Source: a virus. Taken from it: a DNA stretch of 64,000 nt. Position 1 is the first letter of the stretch. The number at the start of each line of letters is the position of its first letter. Where the stretch lies: positions 30,403 through 94,402 of IMG/VR virus record IMGVR_UViG_3300034073_004910; one strand, given 5' to 3'. Made by a program: the position numbers and the translations under genes. A model generated the notes under the pieces. The model searched no databases, was not told the origin of the DNA, and saw only the letters and a program-made list of their open reading frames with translations. Positions 34,937-45,400 of this stretch are shown here, in pieces.

Positions 34937-35268
34937 GCTACGATTACATCTCCGGTACGCTCGGAGGAGCAATGCGACGTCGTCGTCGGCGTCCTCGTGT
35001 TAGATTTGCGTATAAAACGAATAATGCAATCGAATTAACACTTACAGCTCGCGGAGAACAAGAATTTAATTTTGCATCGTATTTTAGCGGTGAAAACTTA
35101 AGTTTTAGTCTAAGCGGGGATACAGCAAATCTTTCTATTGATGAAAGCACTGGAATTGCCAATACATCACTAGTGCCAGAAGGAAGCGCGGTTTACAACT
35201 TCTACGTGACTGCAACCAGTACACTCGGAAGTGTTCAATCGCCTGTCTTCGTGCTAAGTACGGAGTAA
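34933..35268 (+). CDS. Ig-like domain protein, putative head decoration
   Basis: LSFSLSG...LSID..TG..YNFYVTAT; position after portal. Confidence 0.55.
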   Translation: MSYDYISGTLGGAMRRRRRRPRVRFAYKTNNAIELTLTARGEQEFNFASYFSGENLSFSLSGDTANLSIDESTGIANTSLVPEGSAVYNFYVTATSTLGSVQSPVFVLSTE

Positions 35269-35270
35269 TT

Positions 35271-35546
35271 ATGACAAAAGGACAATTACTTGAAACCATT
35301 GCAAACTATTTTGTTGCAAAAGGTAAATATTTAAATATGCGAGAGTACAAGCAGCAGCCTGACTTTCCTGTAAGTCCGAACTTAGTACTTCGTGCTTACG
35401 GATCGTGGGGTCGTCTACCGAGCAAGATCAAGAAGTATTATCCTGATATTGCAGCTAAGATTGGAGCGCCTGTGGCTGCCCCTAAGCCTGCGCTCAAAAA
35501 AGCAAAGGTAGCTGAGCCTGTAAATGAGCAAAGCAGCGAATCTTAA
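35271..35546 (+). CDS. Hypothetical protein
   Basis: GGAG RBS. Confidence 0.65.
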   Translation: MTKGQLLETIANYFVAKGKYLNMREYKQQPDFPVSPNLVLRAYGSWGRLPSKIKKYYPDIAAKIGAPVAAPKPALKKAKVAEPVNEQSSES

Positions 35547-37809
35547 GACAGGAGACTATGTAAAGTGGAATTCGTCTGGCGGCATAGCCAAAGGACGAAT
35601 TGAGCACACAATGAAAGAAGGCGTGTTAGGAATTCCTGGTAGTAGTTTTTCGATTACTGCTACAGAAGAAGATCCGGCAGCTTTAATTCGTATTTACAGG
35701 GACGGTAAAGAGACTGAAACTCTGGTAGGCCATAAGTTTTCTACTCTTACTAAAATTTCCCGAGAAGAAGCTTTAAAGGCTGCGGACGGAATTAATATCA
35801 TGACAAAAAATTTCTTTTTAGATACAGAGTTTAAAGCCTATGTAAGCGACGACGGGGATACTTACATTACAGGGCTTGCCAGTACTCCGGAAGTAGATCG
35901 CACTGGCGATATTATTGAATCGAATGCATGGTTAAAAGGCGGACTGGAAAATTACAAGAAAAATCCAGTAATTCTTTTTAATCACTCTTATGCGAAGCCA
36001 ATCGGTAAAGCGGTAGAAATTCAAACCGATGTAGAAGGCTTACGAATTAAAGCTAAGATTTCTCGTGCTGCGGGCGAGATTTTAGATCTTATCAAAGATG
36101 GAGTCCTTGGAGCTTTCTCCGTTGGTTTTCGAATCAAGGATGCCGATTATATGCCAGAAACCGACGGATTTCGTATCAAAGATGCAGAGTTGTTTGAAAT
36201 TTCAGTAGTATCTGTTCCTGCAAATCAATCTGCAATTTTTTCTTTGTCAAAGTCCTTTGAAAGCTCAGAGGAATATCAAAGTTTTAAACAGACCTTTATG
36301 AATGACGGCCTAGACGGGTTAGAAGAGAAAGTAAATGCTGAATCTTCGAGCGCCCCTGCGCCGGGAGAAGCGACTTCAGTCGCAACTATGGAGATAAAAA
36401 AGATGGATCCAAAAGAGTTAGAAGCACTAGTAGCTTCTGTTGCAGAAAAAACTGCACAAACATTAGCTGCTGCACAAGTCGAGCGTGAAGAAAAGTCTCG
36501 TCTTGCTGCCGAAGAAGCTGCTCGAAAAGCATCGGAAGAAAAGCAACTCTCCGATAAAATCTCGGTAGCAGTTACTACGGGGGCGGAACGACTTGTTGCA
36601 GATATTGAGAAGCGTTTTGCTGATAAGAACGCTGATCTGGAAAAGATCGTTAGCGATCTTCGCAATGAAATTTCTGAGAAGTCTCATGAAATTATGCAAA
36701 TTCGTGAATCCAAGCGAATTTTTGCCGATCGTGCAGATGGCGACTGGAAGAAGGCTTTTGCAAAAGATGCGGATGACGCATTTATTCTTGGCCTGGTTAC
36801 TCGCAAAGGCTGGCAGCAGACTTCGCTGGGTCGCCAACTGGTTGAGAAAGTTAACCAGCATTCTGGCGTTGAAGTTTCGAGTGCCGACTTTGAACAGACG
36901 GTATCGACGAACATTGAGCGTGATATTCAGAACGAGCTGATTCTGGCTCCTCTGTTCCGCGAAATTCCGATGACAGCAGCTAGCCTGATTCTGCCGATTC
37001 TGCCTGACGCTGGTTACGCAGAGTTTACGTCTTCGCAAGCTGCTGGCGGTTCTTCGCCGAAAGGTAACTTAGATCCGCGTTCGAATGCTTATGGTTCGCC
37101 CTACATCGGTGTTACCATGTCCGAGCGTGTACTGACAACCAAGAAGCTGATTTCGAAGAGCTATCTGGGCAACGAGACAGAAGAAGATGCAATTCTTCCG
37201 ATTCTGCCTCTGATTCGTGAGTCGATGGTTCGTTCGCACGCTCGTGCAATCGAAGCTTCGATTCTCGTAGGTAATCACGCTGACGGTCCTTTTGGAACTG
37301 GTGGAGCTTCGTATGACGGTCTGATTACTCTGGCCGCCGCTGATAGCGATAAGACTCAAAGCTCGACTGTAACGTATGCAAATACGGTCTTTACAGCAGC
37401 TGATCTGCTTGGTCTGCGTAAGAACATGGGCAAGTATGGCGTTCGTCCGGAAGACGTTGTTTACATCGTTAACCAGCGTACCTACTTCGAACTGCTCGAA
37501 GATGCTGAGTTCCAGGACATGAACCTGGTTGGAAATCTGGCTACGAAGATCAATGGTCAAGTTGGTCAGATCTATGGCAGCCGTGTTCTGCTCTGCGATG
37601 AGTTCGCAACTCCGGCTGCTGGAAAGTATGCCGCTATCGCAGTCTATCCGCGTAACTTCGTTGTTCCGCGTCTGCGTGGAGTTACGATTGAATCGGATTA
37701 CGATGTTGAGAATCAGCGTCGTGTGCTGGTTGCATCGCAGCGTCTTGGCTTTATTGATATTATCGACGGAGCTACGTCTAAGTGGGCACTTCAGTACCCT
37801 GGTTCGTAA
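35524..37809 (+). CDS. Fused extra N-domain + HK97 prohead protease + major capsid protein
   Basis: GLAST..VDRTGDII..NPVILFNH..PIGK..FSVGF..ELFEISVVSVPAN, then a coiled coil and HK97-fold capsid in one ORF. Confidence 0.92.
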   Translation: MSKAANLKTGDYVKWNSSGGIAKGRIEHTMKEGVLGIPGSSFSITATEEDPAALIRIYRDGKETETLVGHKFSTLTKISREEALKAADGINIMTKNFFLDTEFKAYVSDDGDTYITGLASTPEVDRTGDIIESNAWLKGGLENYKKNPVILFNHSYAKPIGKAVEIQTDVEGLRIKAKISRAAGEILDLIKDGVLGAFSVGFRIKDADYMPETDGFRIKDAELFEISVVSVPANQSAIFSLSKSFESSEEYQSFKQTFMNDGLDGLEEKVNAESSSAPAPGEATSVATMEIKKMDPKELEALVASVAEKTAQTLAAAQVEREEKSRLAAEEAARKASEEKQLSDKISVAVTTGAERLVADIEKRFADKNADLEKIVSDLRNEISEKSHEIMQIRESKRIFADRADGDWKKAFAKDADDAFILGLVTRKGWQQTSLGRQLVEKVNQHSGVEVSSADFEQTVSTNIERDIQNELILAPLFREIPMTAASLILPILPDAGYAEFTSSQAAGGSSPKGNLDPRSNAYGSPYIGVTMSERVLTTKKLISKSYLGNETEEDAILPILPLIRESMVRSHARAIEASILVGNHADGPFGTGGASYDGLITLAAADSDKTQSSTVTYANTVFTAADLLGLRKNMGKYGVRPEDVVYIVNQRTYFELLEDAEFQDMNLVGNLATKINGQVGQIYGSRVLLCDEFATPAAGKYAAIAVYPRNFVVPRLRGVTIESDYDVENQRRVLVASQRLGFIDIIDGATSKWALQYPGS

Positions 37810-37826
37810 GAACTTAGGCGATACTA

Positions 37827-37857
37827 GGAAGGAGAGGGGTTTCCCTCTCCTTCTTTA
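37827..37857 (+). terminator. Intrinsic terminator after the capsid gene
   Basis: GAAGGAGAGGG-gttt-CCCTCTCCTTC followed by TTT. Confidence 0.8.
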
Positions 37858-37898
37858 TTAATCTGATTTCCATATCAAGTTTTTTACAAGTTGATTAT

Positions 37899-38477
37899 AT
37901 GAGCGCAAATCTTATTACTATAGAAGATTATAAAACTTTGATGGGAATTACAGGCGTAAAGGATGATGAAAAACTTTATGTACTTATTCCCAGCATTAGT
38001 CAGCTTGTAAAAAACTACTGTGATAATACGATATTAGATTACTACTCCACTCCGTATACGGAGTATTTTGATATTCAGTGGGATACTTACACTGTTCAGT
38101 TAAAGTATAGCCCAATTGTTACTGTATCGCAAGTTTATGAGCGAGAAAGCCAAACTTCTGAATATCAATTGTTGGACGCAAATACAGATTATTGGATCGA
38201 CCACATTTCTGACAGCGTATTTCGTACTGATGGATCGGGTCGGTACTCAGATTGGAAGAAAGGTGTTGGAGCTGTTAAAGTTATTTACACAAACGGCTAT
38301 GAAAATACGCCGGAAGATTTAAAGCTTGCTGTAGTTGATCTCATTACTTATTATCTAAAGGACGAAAGAAAAGAACGTCGCAGCCTTGGAGCTGCAACAA
38401 TTTCTTATGCAAAAAACGCTAATGATGGCAGTTTTCCTGATTACATCAAAAGAGTTTTGGATATGTATAGAACATGA
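37899..38477 (+). CDS. Head-tail connector / head completion protein
   Basis: LIT..DYK...VK.YC...V.Y..GY...PEDLKLA; synteny. Confidence 0.8.
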   Translation: MSANLITIEDYKTLMGITGVKDDEKLYVLIPSISQLVKNYCDNTILDYYSTPYTEYFDIQWDTYTVQLKYSPIVTVSQVYERESQTSEYQLLDANTDYWIDHISDSVFRTDGSGRYSDWKKGVGAVKVIYTNGYENTPEDLKLAVVDLITYYLKDERKERRSLGAATISYAKNANDGSFPDYIKRVLDMYRT

Positions 38478-39817
38478 GCAAAACAAGGTTAAATAGGTTA
38501 TTAACAGAGTTAGAAACTGGTTTATCTGAAAATTTTAGAAAAATTATAGATTATAATAACTTATGTTTTCAATTCAGCGTAGCTCAGGTAGAAAAAGAAA
38601 TCAAAGATGAATTAGAATTGATAGGACAAGGACAAAAGCTACGAAACGGTATAGTAAGCCTTATTGCCAGAGAAGCTGTAGTAAACTTAAAAAATGCATT
38701 TACAAAAAGCAACAGTCCGACTCTAGTCAAAGATAAAGCAGAAAGAGCAAAAGAAGTAGCGGCAGGAAAAATATTTTTATCTAATAAAAGTGGTACTAAT
38801 ACTTTTAGAGCTTTAACAGAAATTTTAAAGCCTGTTAAAGCAACGATAATACAAAGAGTAAGAATTGCCGGAGTTTCTTTACCTACTGGTCCAGAAGGAG
38901 AAGAGTCTCAGTTTTTTAATATTGAGCACTTAACCACTGTCTCCGATATACGAATGGCAGACGTTATACTTAAGGCGGCGGGCAGCAAGAAAAAAGCAAC
39001 AAATTTAATAGGTAAAATAAAACAATTTTCCTCCCCCGAAGCTAAAATTATTTTTGACGAGTTTATTTTAACTGTAATAAATCAAACCAAAGGTAACAAA
39101 GGAACTATAGAAAAAGACCTAGAATTAAAGTTAGAATGGAAGTCGGAAAAAAGAAACAAGAAAGAGGGAAGAGAAGAAATCGCGGCAAGAAAAAGAATTT
39201 TAGTCGAAGAATTAAAAAGAATTATTAGCGAGCAAATTAAGCATAGACAAACTCTAGGGGCCTCAGATACAGTCGAAGAATTAACAAGTAAAAAAGTTAC
39301 TGCTCTTATTGACGAAGCGATAGCAGATACTCCCAAAATAAAAAAAAAGTTTAGAAATACAAAAATAAAAAATACAACTACAAAAGCAAAGAAAGTTGTA
39401 AAAGTACCGTCTAAAATAAAGGCTAATAAAAGCGCGCGCATGGGCCCTTCTGGCATTTCTTTACCGGAGAAAAAAGCAATGCCCGAAGTACAAGGACCAA
39501 GCGCTCTAGAGATGCTAGCGTATATTAATTCTAGATTACCGGATACTGTAGCTAAAAATATGGACTTACCAGGGCTACAATATCAAACAGGCCGCTTTGC
39601 TCAAAGCGTAAAAGCGCTTAATGTACTAAAAACTAAAGGTGGATTCCCTAGCATTGAATATACTTACCAACGAGATCCTTATCAAGTATTTGAAATGGGA
39701 GCAGGAAGAGCTCCATGGGCAACGCCAGATCGTGACCCAAGAAAACTAATTGATCGGTCTATTCGTGAAATTGCTGTGGAGCTTTTGACAGGTAGACTTT
39801 ACACACGGAGAGTTTAA
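38474..39817 (+). CDS. Neck/tail completion protein (T5-like C-terminus)
   Basis: L.Y.TGRFA.SV...DPR.LI.RSIREIA; synteny. Confidence 0.6.
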   Translation: MSKTRLNRLLTELETGLSENFRKIIDYNNLCFQFSVAQVEKEIKDELELIGQGQKLRNGIVSLIAREAVVNLKNAFTKSNSPTLVKDKAERAKEVAAGKIFLSNKSGTNTFRALTEILKPVKATIIQRVRIAGVSLPTGPEGEESQFFNIEHLTTVSDIRMADVILKAAGSKKKATNLIGKIKQFSSPEAKIIFDEFILTVINQTKGNKGTIEKDLELKLEWKSEKRNKKEGREEIAARKRILVEELKRIISEQIKHRQTLGASDTVEELTSKKVTALIDEAIADTPKIKKKFRNTKIKNTTTKAKKVVKVPSKIKANKSARMGPSGISLPEKKAMPEVQGPSALEMLAYINSRLPDTVAKNMDLPGLQYQTGRFAQSVKALNVLKTKGGFPSIEYTYQRDPYQVFEMGAGRAPWATPDRDPRKLIDRSIREIAVELLTGRLYTRRV

Positions 39818-40272
39818 TGACCGAAGCAAGACTGTACACAACCCGAAGGCTTGCTATTGTAGGAGCAATTGTAGATAAGCTTGCTCTTATTAATGGCGAC
39901 GGGGTTTATGTAACAGACGTTGGTGGAAACGTACATCCTCGCCTTAAGTACTGGGATGAAATAGAAGAATTTCCTTCAATTTGTGTAAACGCCGGAGCAG
40001 AGACTCGAGAATATCAAGGTGGCGGGTACAAAGATCGTTTTTTAAATGTAAAAATTACTTGTTATGTAAATGAAGAAGATCCAGTAAGCGCTCTAGAAGC
40101 CTTAATGGAAGATGTGGAAACCTGCCTCGAAGAAAACAGTAGACTAATGTATACTACAAGATCAGGCAAGGTAGGCTATACGCAAATGATCACAATATTA
40201 AGCTTAGATACCGACGAAGGAGTAATGGCTCCTTTAGGAATTGGCGAAATATTGTGCGAAGTACGATATTAA
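39817..40272 (+). CDS. Tail terminator protein
   Basis: FPSI....E.R.Y...TDEG...P.G; synteny. Confidence 0.75.
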   Translation: MTEARLYTTRRLAIVGAIVDKLALINGDGVYVTDVGGNVHPRLKYWDEIEEFPSICVNAGAETREYQGGGYKDRFLNVKITCYVNEEDPVSALEALMEDVETCLEENSRLMYTTRSGKVGYTQMITILSLDTDEGVMAPLGIGEILCEVRY

Positions 40273-40323
40273 TTTTGAGCTTACTAGTAAGCTCAATGCT
40301 GAGAAATCAGTTCGGAGAAAAAA

Positions 40324-41550
40324 ATGGCGGAAAAATTACAACTTAGTAGAAATACTAAAGTTTATATCAGAGATGTGGACAGCACTCTGACGAATGCCAC
40401 CCCCGTATGGTGGGAACTGCCTGTATTAGACGGGTTTGCGTTTAGTCAAGGTACAGAAAGTATCGAAATTACACTGTCCGAAGCAGCTGATTCCAATAAT
40501 AACACGCGTCGCGGTAAGCTCGCGTTTAACACAGCGTTGGCTCCTGTAGAATGGAGTTTAACAACCTATGTTCGTCCCTTTAAGAGCGTAGGCGGCCGCA
40601 CAGCCTCCGTCGGTGGATTTGTAGACAACGTCGCGGGGTATGTGCACGCTGTAGAAGAGCCTCTCTGGGCTTATATGGTCATGGGAGCTGGAGAGACTTA
40701 CACTTCGAATACAGGCAGCACTCGGGCAGCCGGCAATAACTGGGGCAGCACAACGACTGGTGTATGGTCGAATACTAGCCTTATGAGTATTGACTTTGCA
40801 AAGTCGAACAAGACCGCATTGCGTACATTTGAAATGTACTTTGCAATGTCTTCGACGGGTACGGGGTCTCCGGACACTGTTTATCGGTTAGTGGATGCTT
40901 GTGTTAACAGCGTAACTATTGACTTTGATATTGAAGGAATTGCACAGTTGCAGTGGGCTGGATTTGCAAAGCAAATTACTCATGCAAACTCTGCTCCGTT
41001 CTTGTCTGGAACTGCAAATAGCATTACAGAAGCAGTAAACTCTACAAATACATTTATTCGTAATCGACTTACTACTGCAAACGTTGGCACGAAGATGACA
41101 AACTTTGGTGGTGACGGTGTTAATAATAAGTATTACAATATCATTTTGACAGGTGGTTCGATTACCATTGAAAACAACATTACTTATTTGACCCCAGAAG
41201 AGCTTGGAAAAGTAAATATTCCTCTTGGTCATGTAACTGGAACTCGCAGCGTTTCGGGAACTTTTACAGCTTATCTTGACGACGACACAAGTGCAAACAG
41301 CTCTGGTGCATTGTTACGGGACATGGCTGCAAATACTAGCGCTGCTCGTAACGAATTTGCTGTATTGTTTTCGATTGGTGGAGCAACCGCTCCCAAAGTT
41401 GAGTTTAATATTCCCACAACTCACCTCGAAATTCCGACGCATAATATTGAAGATGTGATCGGTGTTGAGGTAAACTTTATGGGACTGCCCACAGATATTT
41501 CGAATACAAACGAAATGTCGGTTCGTTACTATGGAGTTGTACCTGCTTAA
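40324..41550 (+). CDS. Major tail tube protein (T5 pb6-like)
   Basis: LSRNTKV..PVLDGF.FSQ..FNTAL.P.EWS..TY.RP; FDI.GIA...W.G. Confidence 0.88.
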   Translation: MAEKLQLSRNTKVYIRDVDSTLTNATPVWWELPVLDGFAFSQGTESIEITLSEAADSNNNTRRGKLAFNTALAPVEWSLTTYVRPFKSVGGRTASVGGFVDNVAGYVHAVEEPLWAYMVMGAGETYTSNTGSTRAAGNNWGSTTTGVWSNTSLMSIDFAKSNKTALRTFEMYFAMSSTGTGSPDTVYRLVDACVNSVTIDFDIEGIAQLQWAGFAKQITHANSAPFLSGTANSITEAVNSTNTFIRNRLTTANVGTKMTNFGGDGVNNKYYNIILTGGSITIENNITYLTPEELGKVNIPLGHVTGTRSVSGTFTAYLDDDTSANSSGALLRDMAANTSAARNEFAVLFSIGGATAPKVEFNIPTTHLEIPTHNIEDVIGVEVNFMGLPTDISNTNEMSVRYYGVVPA

Positions 41551-41559
41551 AAAAAGTAG

Positions 41560-41588
41560 TTGACTTTTAGGTAGTATTAACTTATAAT
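41560..41588 (+). promoter_or_regulatory. Late promoter TTGACT-N17-TATAAT
   Basis: hexamers and spacing. Confidence 0.75.
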
Positions 41589-41645
41589 AGGTAACAAATA
41601 GAGGGAGAATTTTCTCCCTCTATTTTACATAACAATAAAAATTTT

Positions 41646-42089
41646 TTGGAATATATTATGACAGATTCAATTTCTTTATCTACGCTTTTAACGCCAAGCA
41701 AAACAGTAAGTTTTGAATATCCTGGATTTCCCGGCTTTTTTGTAGACCTTTGTTTTTTGTCTCGGGACGAAATGTTAAAACTGCGTAAGCGTTGTGTGAC
41801 TACAAAATTTAATCGCCGTACTCGTCAGCCTGAAGAAGAGCTGGACGAGGACAAGTTCGCTGTAGAGTATACTCAGGCTGTAATCAAAGGTTGGAAGGGT
41901 CTCAAAGTATCTTACTTAGAAGAGCTTCTGTTAGTGGATACATCGTCGCTTCCGGCAGATATGAAAGAGCTTGTCTACACTCAAGACAACGCAATCACTC
42001 TGATGAAAAACAGCTCAGACTTTGATACTTGGGTTGTGGAAACTGTGGGTGAACTTGCAAATTTTTCGAAAGCCAAGTCGAAGAAGTAA
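41646..42089 (+). CDS. Tail assembly chaperone (gpG-like)
   Basis: position before tape measure; slippery site A AAT TTT at 42059-42065. Confidence 0.8.
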   Translation: MEYIMTDSISLSTLLTPSKTVSFEYPGFPGFFVDLCFLSRDEMLKLRKRCVTTKFNRRTRQPEEELDEDKFAVEYTQAVIKGWKGLKVSYLEELLLVDTSSLPADMKELVYTQDNAITLMKNSSDFDTWVVETVGELANFSKAKSKK

Positions 42090-42466
42090 GTAAACTTATT
42101 CGACGACGCATAAAGCAAGAATCTGACATATCAATAGAGAGTTACCTAGCTATATGTGAACAGCTAGGTCGCCTGCCTGATCCTGACAAAATGCCACTGA
42201 CCGACGCTGATTTTCCCGCGGAGGCTCAAGTGGCATTTTTTATTTATAGTTATTTGCCAGATCGTTGGGACGGAGCTTCCGGAGCTTTTATGGGCAAAGA
42301 CTGGTCTTCTCTTTCTACTATTTTTGATTTATTTGAAATTGAAGACAGAAGATTTATTTTTCAGCTTATAAAGATTATAGAAATAACTTCGATAGATGCG
42401 ATAAATGATAGAATTTCTCAGAAGCGAAAATCTTCTGAAAGAGCTGCAAAAGCTAGAGCACAGTAA
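42059..42466 (+). CDS. Tail assembly chaperone -1 frameshift extension (gpT-like)
   Basis: -1 frame open from the slippery site through YLAICEQLG..PDP to 42466. Confidence 0.8.
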   Translation, partial: KFFESQVEEVSKLIRRRIKQESDISIESYLAICEQLGRLPDPDKMPLTDADFPAEAQVAFFIYSYLPDRWDGASGAFMGKDWSSLSTIFDLFEIEDRRFIFQLIKIIEITSIDAINDRISQKRKSSERAAKARAQ

Positions 42467-45400
42467 TGGCAAGAAATATAATCACTGTTGATGTAGAAGC
42501 AAGGTCTGGAGGCTCTTTTGATAGAGTTGGTCTCGAGGCTCGGCGTGCTGGAGGTGGTTTAAATCAAGCAGCAGAAGGAGCTGCCCAAGCCGATCGTAAT
42601 ATTAAAGGTGCGGCTAATGCTTCATCTAACGCCACAAAAAACTTTTCTAAAATGTCACAAGGCATGGGTGGACTTGTCGCTGCCTATGCTACCGTTGCCG
42701 CTCAAGTTTTTGCTTTATCTGCTGCGTATCAATTTTTATTAAATGCGGCAGATTTTCGTATTCTTTTGGAAGGTCAAAAAGCTTTAACAGCTACTACTGG
42801 TCTTGCTTATACTTCGATTACCAAATCTATTCAAAAAGCTACAAATGCTCAGTTAGCATATCAAGAAGCTGCTCAATCGGCAGCCATCAGTACAGCAGCA
42901 GGGCTTGGCGCAGATCAAGTTACTCGCTTAGCAGAACTTGCTGATACAATTTCGAAGACGCTAGGCCGTGATTTAACGGATACTTTTAATCGACTTGTTC
43001 GAGGTATTACAAAAGCCGAACCAGAACTGTTGGACGAATTAGGTATTGTACTTCGATTAAAAGACGCTACAGAAGAATATGCTCTTTCTGTAGGCAAGAG
43101 CGCATCCTCTTTAACTTCGTATGAAAGAACTCAAGCCGTATTTTTAAATACAGTTGGTCAAGGAGAGGAAAAATTTGGAGCGCTTGGTGATACACTCGAC
43201 GGCTCTTCAAATAAAATACGACAACTTGGCGTCGCTTTAGGCGAAGTCGCAAATAAACTAAAGCCTGTTATCAGTGCTGTAAGCGAGTTTGCTGCGGGAG
43301 CTTTAACTGAAAATCTTGCTGCGACTATTACAACTTTTGGCCTTTTGGCGGGAGGAGTACTAAAACAACTTCTTCCGAGTATTCGAGAGGTAGAAGAAAA
43401 TTATGCCGCCGCCGCGGATCGAATGGCAGAGAAACAAACAAGGTTTAATAAATCATTAGAAGAAACTCGAGCCTCTCAGCGAGTTTTGAGCCGAATGGCG
43501 GGCAGAGAAGCACAAGGCGCACAAGCGGCAATTGGTGATATTAATGCGGAAACTAGAGCAGCTCGAGCCGCTCAAGGCATACAAACGCCAATTTCTAAAA
43601 CAATGCAAAAACTTGCAACTGGACAACTTGATCCAAATTCAGCAGCTTTTAAAAAATTTAGAGCTAGTGTAGATAAAGAATTAAAACTTTTAGAACAAAG
43701 CAATGCCACAACTGTTACTCGTATGAGAACTCAATTTGTAGGCATGACACGCGCACAATTACTTGCTATGCAAAACGCCACTACACTTATGATGGGGCAG
43801 CAGACTCGATTGGAAATAAACCAACAAAGATTAATTAATGCGGGCACGATAGGCTACACAAGACTTCGACTAGCTATCAATGGCGTAGCAGCAGCACTTT
43901 CAACTGGCGCCCGTGCTGCTGCTACTTTTGGCATGGCACTATTAAGCTTTTTAGGCTGGGTTGGCCTTGCTATAACTTTAGGCACTCTTCTTTATCAGGG
44001 TATTGTAGCAATATATAACTATCTTAATAAGCCTGTAAAAACTGACGGGTTAACGCCGTTGTCAGAGAGGCTTACTTCTTTAAGTGACGAGACAAAAACA
44101 CTAGTTCAAGATTTTGAAAAAATGCAAGAAAAGGCGGACTCGTTTAACATTAAAGGAGTCTCCGGCCAAATAGAGTTTTTTGGAAATGCCGCAACCTCCC
44201 TTCCGATTGATAGTCTTATAAGTTCCCTTGGTAAATTAGATGCTAAACAAAGATTTTTTACTTCTACTCTTCTAGAGACTTCGAGCGTAGAAAGAGAAGT
44301 TGCCGCAAATAGACAAAAAGCTCAATCAAATTTAGAAGATGCTACAAATAGTAGCATAGCTAGCCTAGAAAAGTATAGAAAGAAACAAGAAGAGCTTAAA
44401 GCTTTAGAGTCTTTTTCTGAAAAGGAAGCAAATGCTATAGCTAATCTGACTACAGAAACTTATGCTTCATTAGCTGCATTTGCCAAGCTCGATCCTAGAT
44501 TAAAAGAGCAGGCTGCAATTCTCAGTGATGCTGCCGTAGAATCAAATAAACTGTCAGAGCAGTTCAAAGAAGGTAAAAAAGACGTTTTTGCTCTTAGTGC
44601 AGGGCTCTCTCGTCTCGCTAGAGATACAAAATCGGCGACAACCGAAGTTATAGCGGCTGCTCAGAAATGGAGGGATGCTTCCGCAGCTTTTTCTTCTTTA
44701 CAGCAATCTATAAAAACTTACAATGATAGAATACGGGGTTCTATAAACTTAACTGAAATTCAGCAATCTTACTTAGAACTGTCTAATATTGCCAAAAATT
44801 ATAATGATACTGTAGCAGCTCTTCCGACTAACGTTAATATTAAGACTTACCAACAATTGGAACAAGTTAAGAACGCTTACAAAGAAGTAATAAAAGTAGT
44901 TAAAGATCTTTATGAAAGACAAAAACTTCTGTCGAAGGAAAAAATTCAACTTAATATTAACGAGAAACAGCTTGGCTTAATTCAAGGAAGCTCGGAAGAG
45001 CTTATAAGATTAAGAGCTAAACAAGAAAGAGCTGCTATTGCTCTTCGGAAAAGAGAAGAAGAATTAGAAATAGAGCGCTTAAATTCAAAATTGAAAGAGC
45101 TTCGTGCAGCAGGGCTTAATATTAAGCCTGAAGCCTTAGCTACCCCAATCGGTGAGTCTATAACAGAAGCAGGAAAAACTCAAGCTGAGTTAGTCGGGGA
45201 GGCTATTGAAAGCTCAGCAGATTATCATGCTAGAGCTATTGCTGAAGCAATGACAGGAAAGTCTTTAAAAGACTTAGGAGAAGAAAACGCTGTCTTTGCT
45301 GACGTTCTCAAAAGAATAGGGGCAAGACAACAACCTAATCAACCAGTCCCCGAAGACGAGATTACGGATGTACCAATACCTTTTAGACCATTAATAATGC

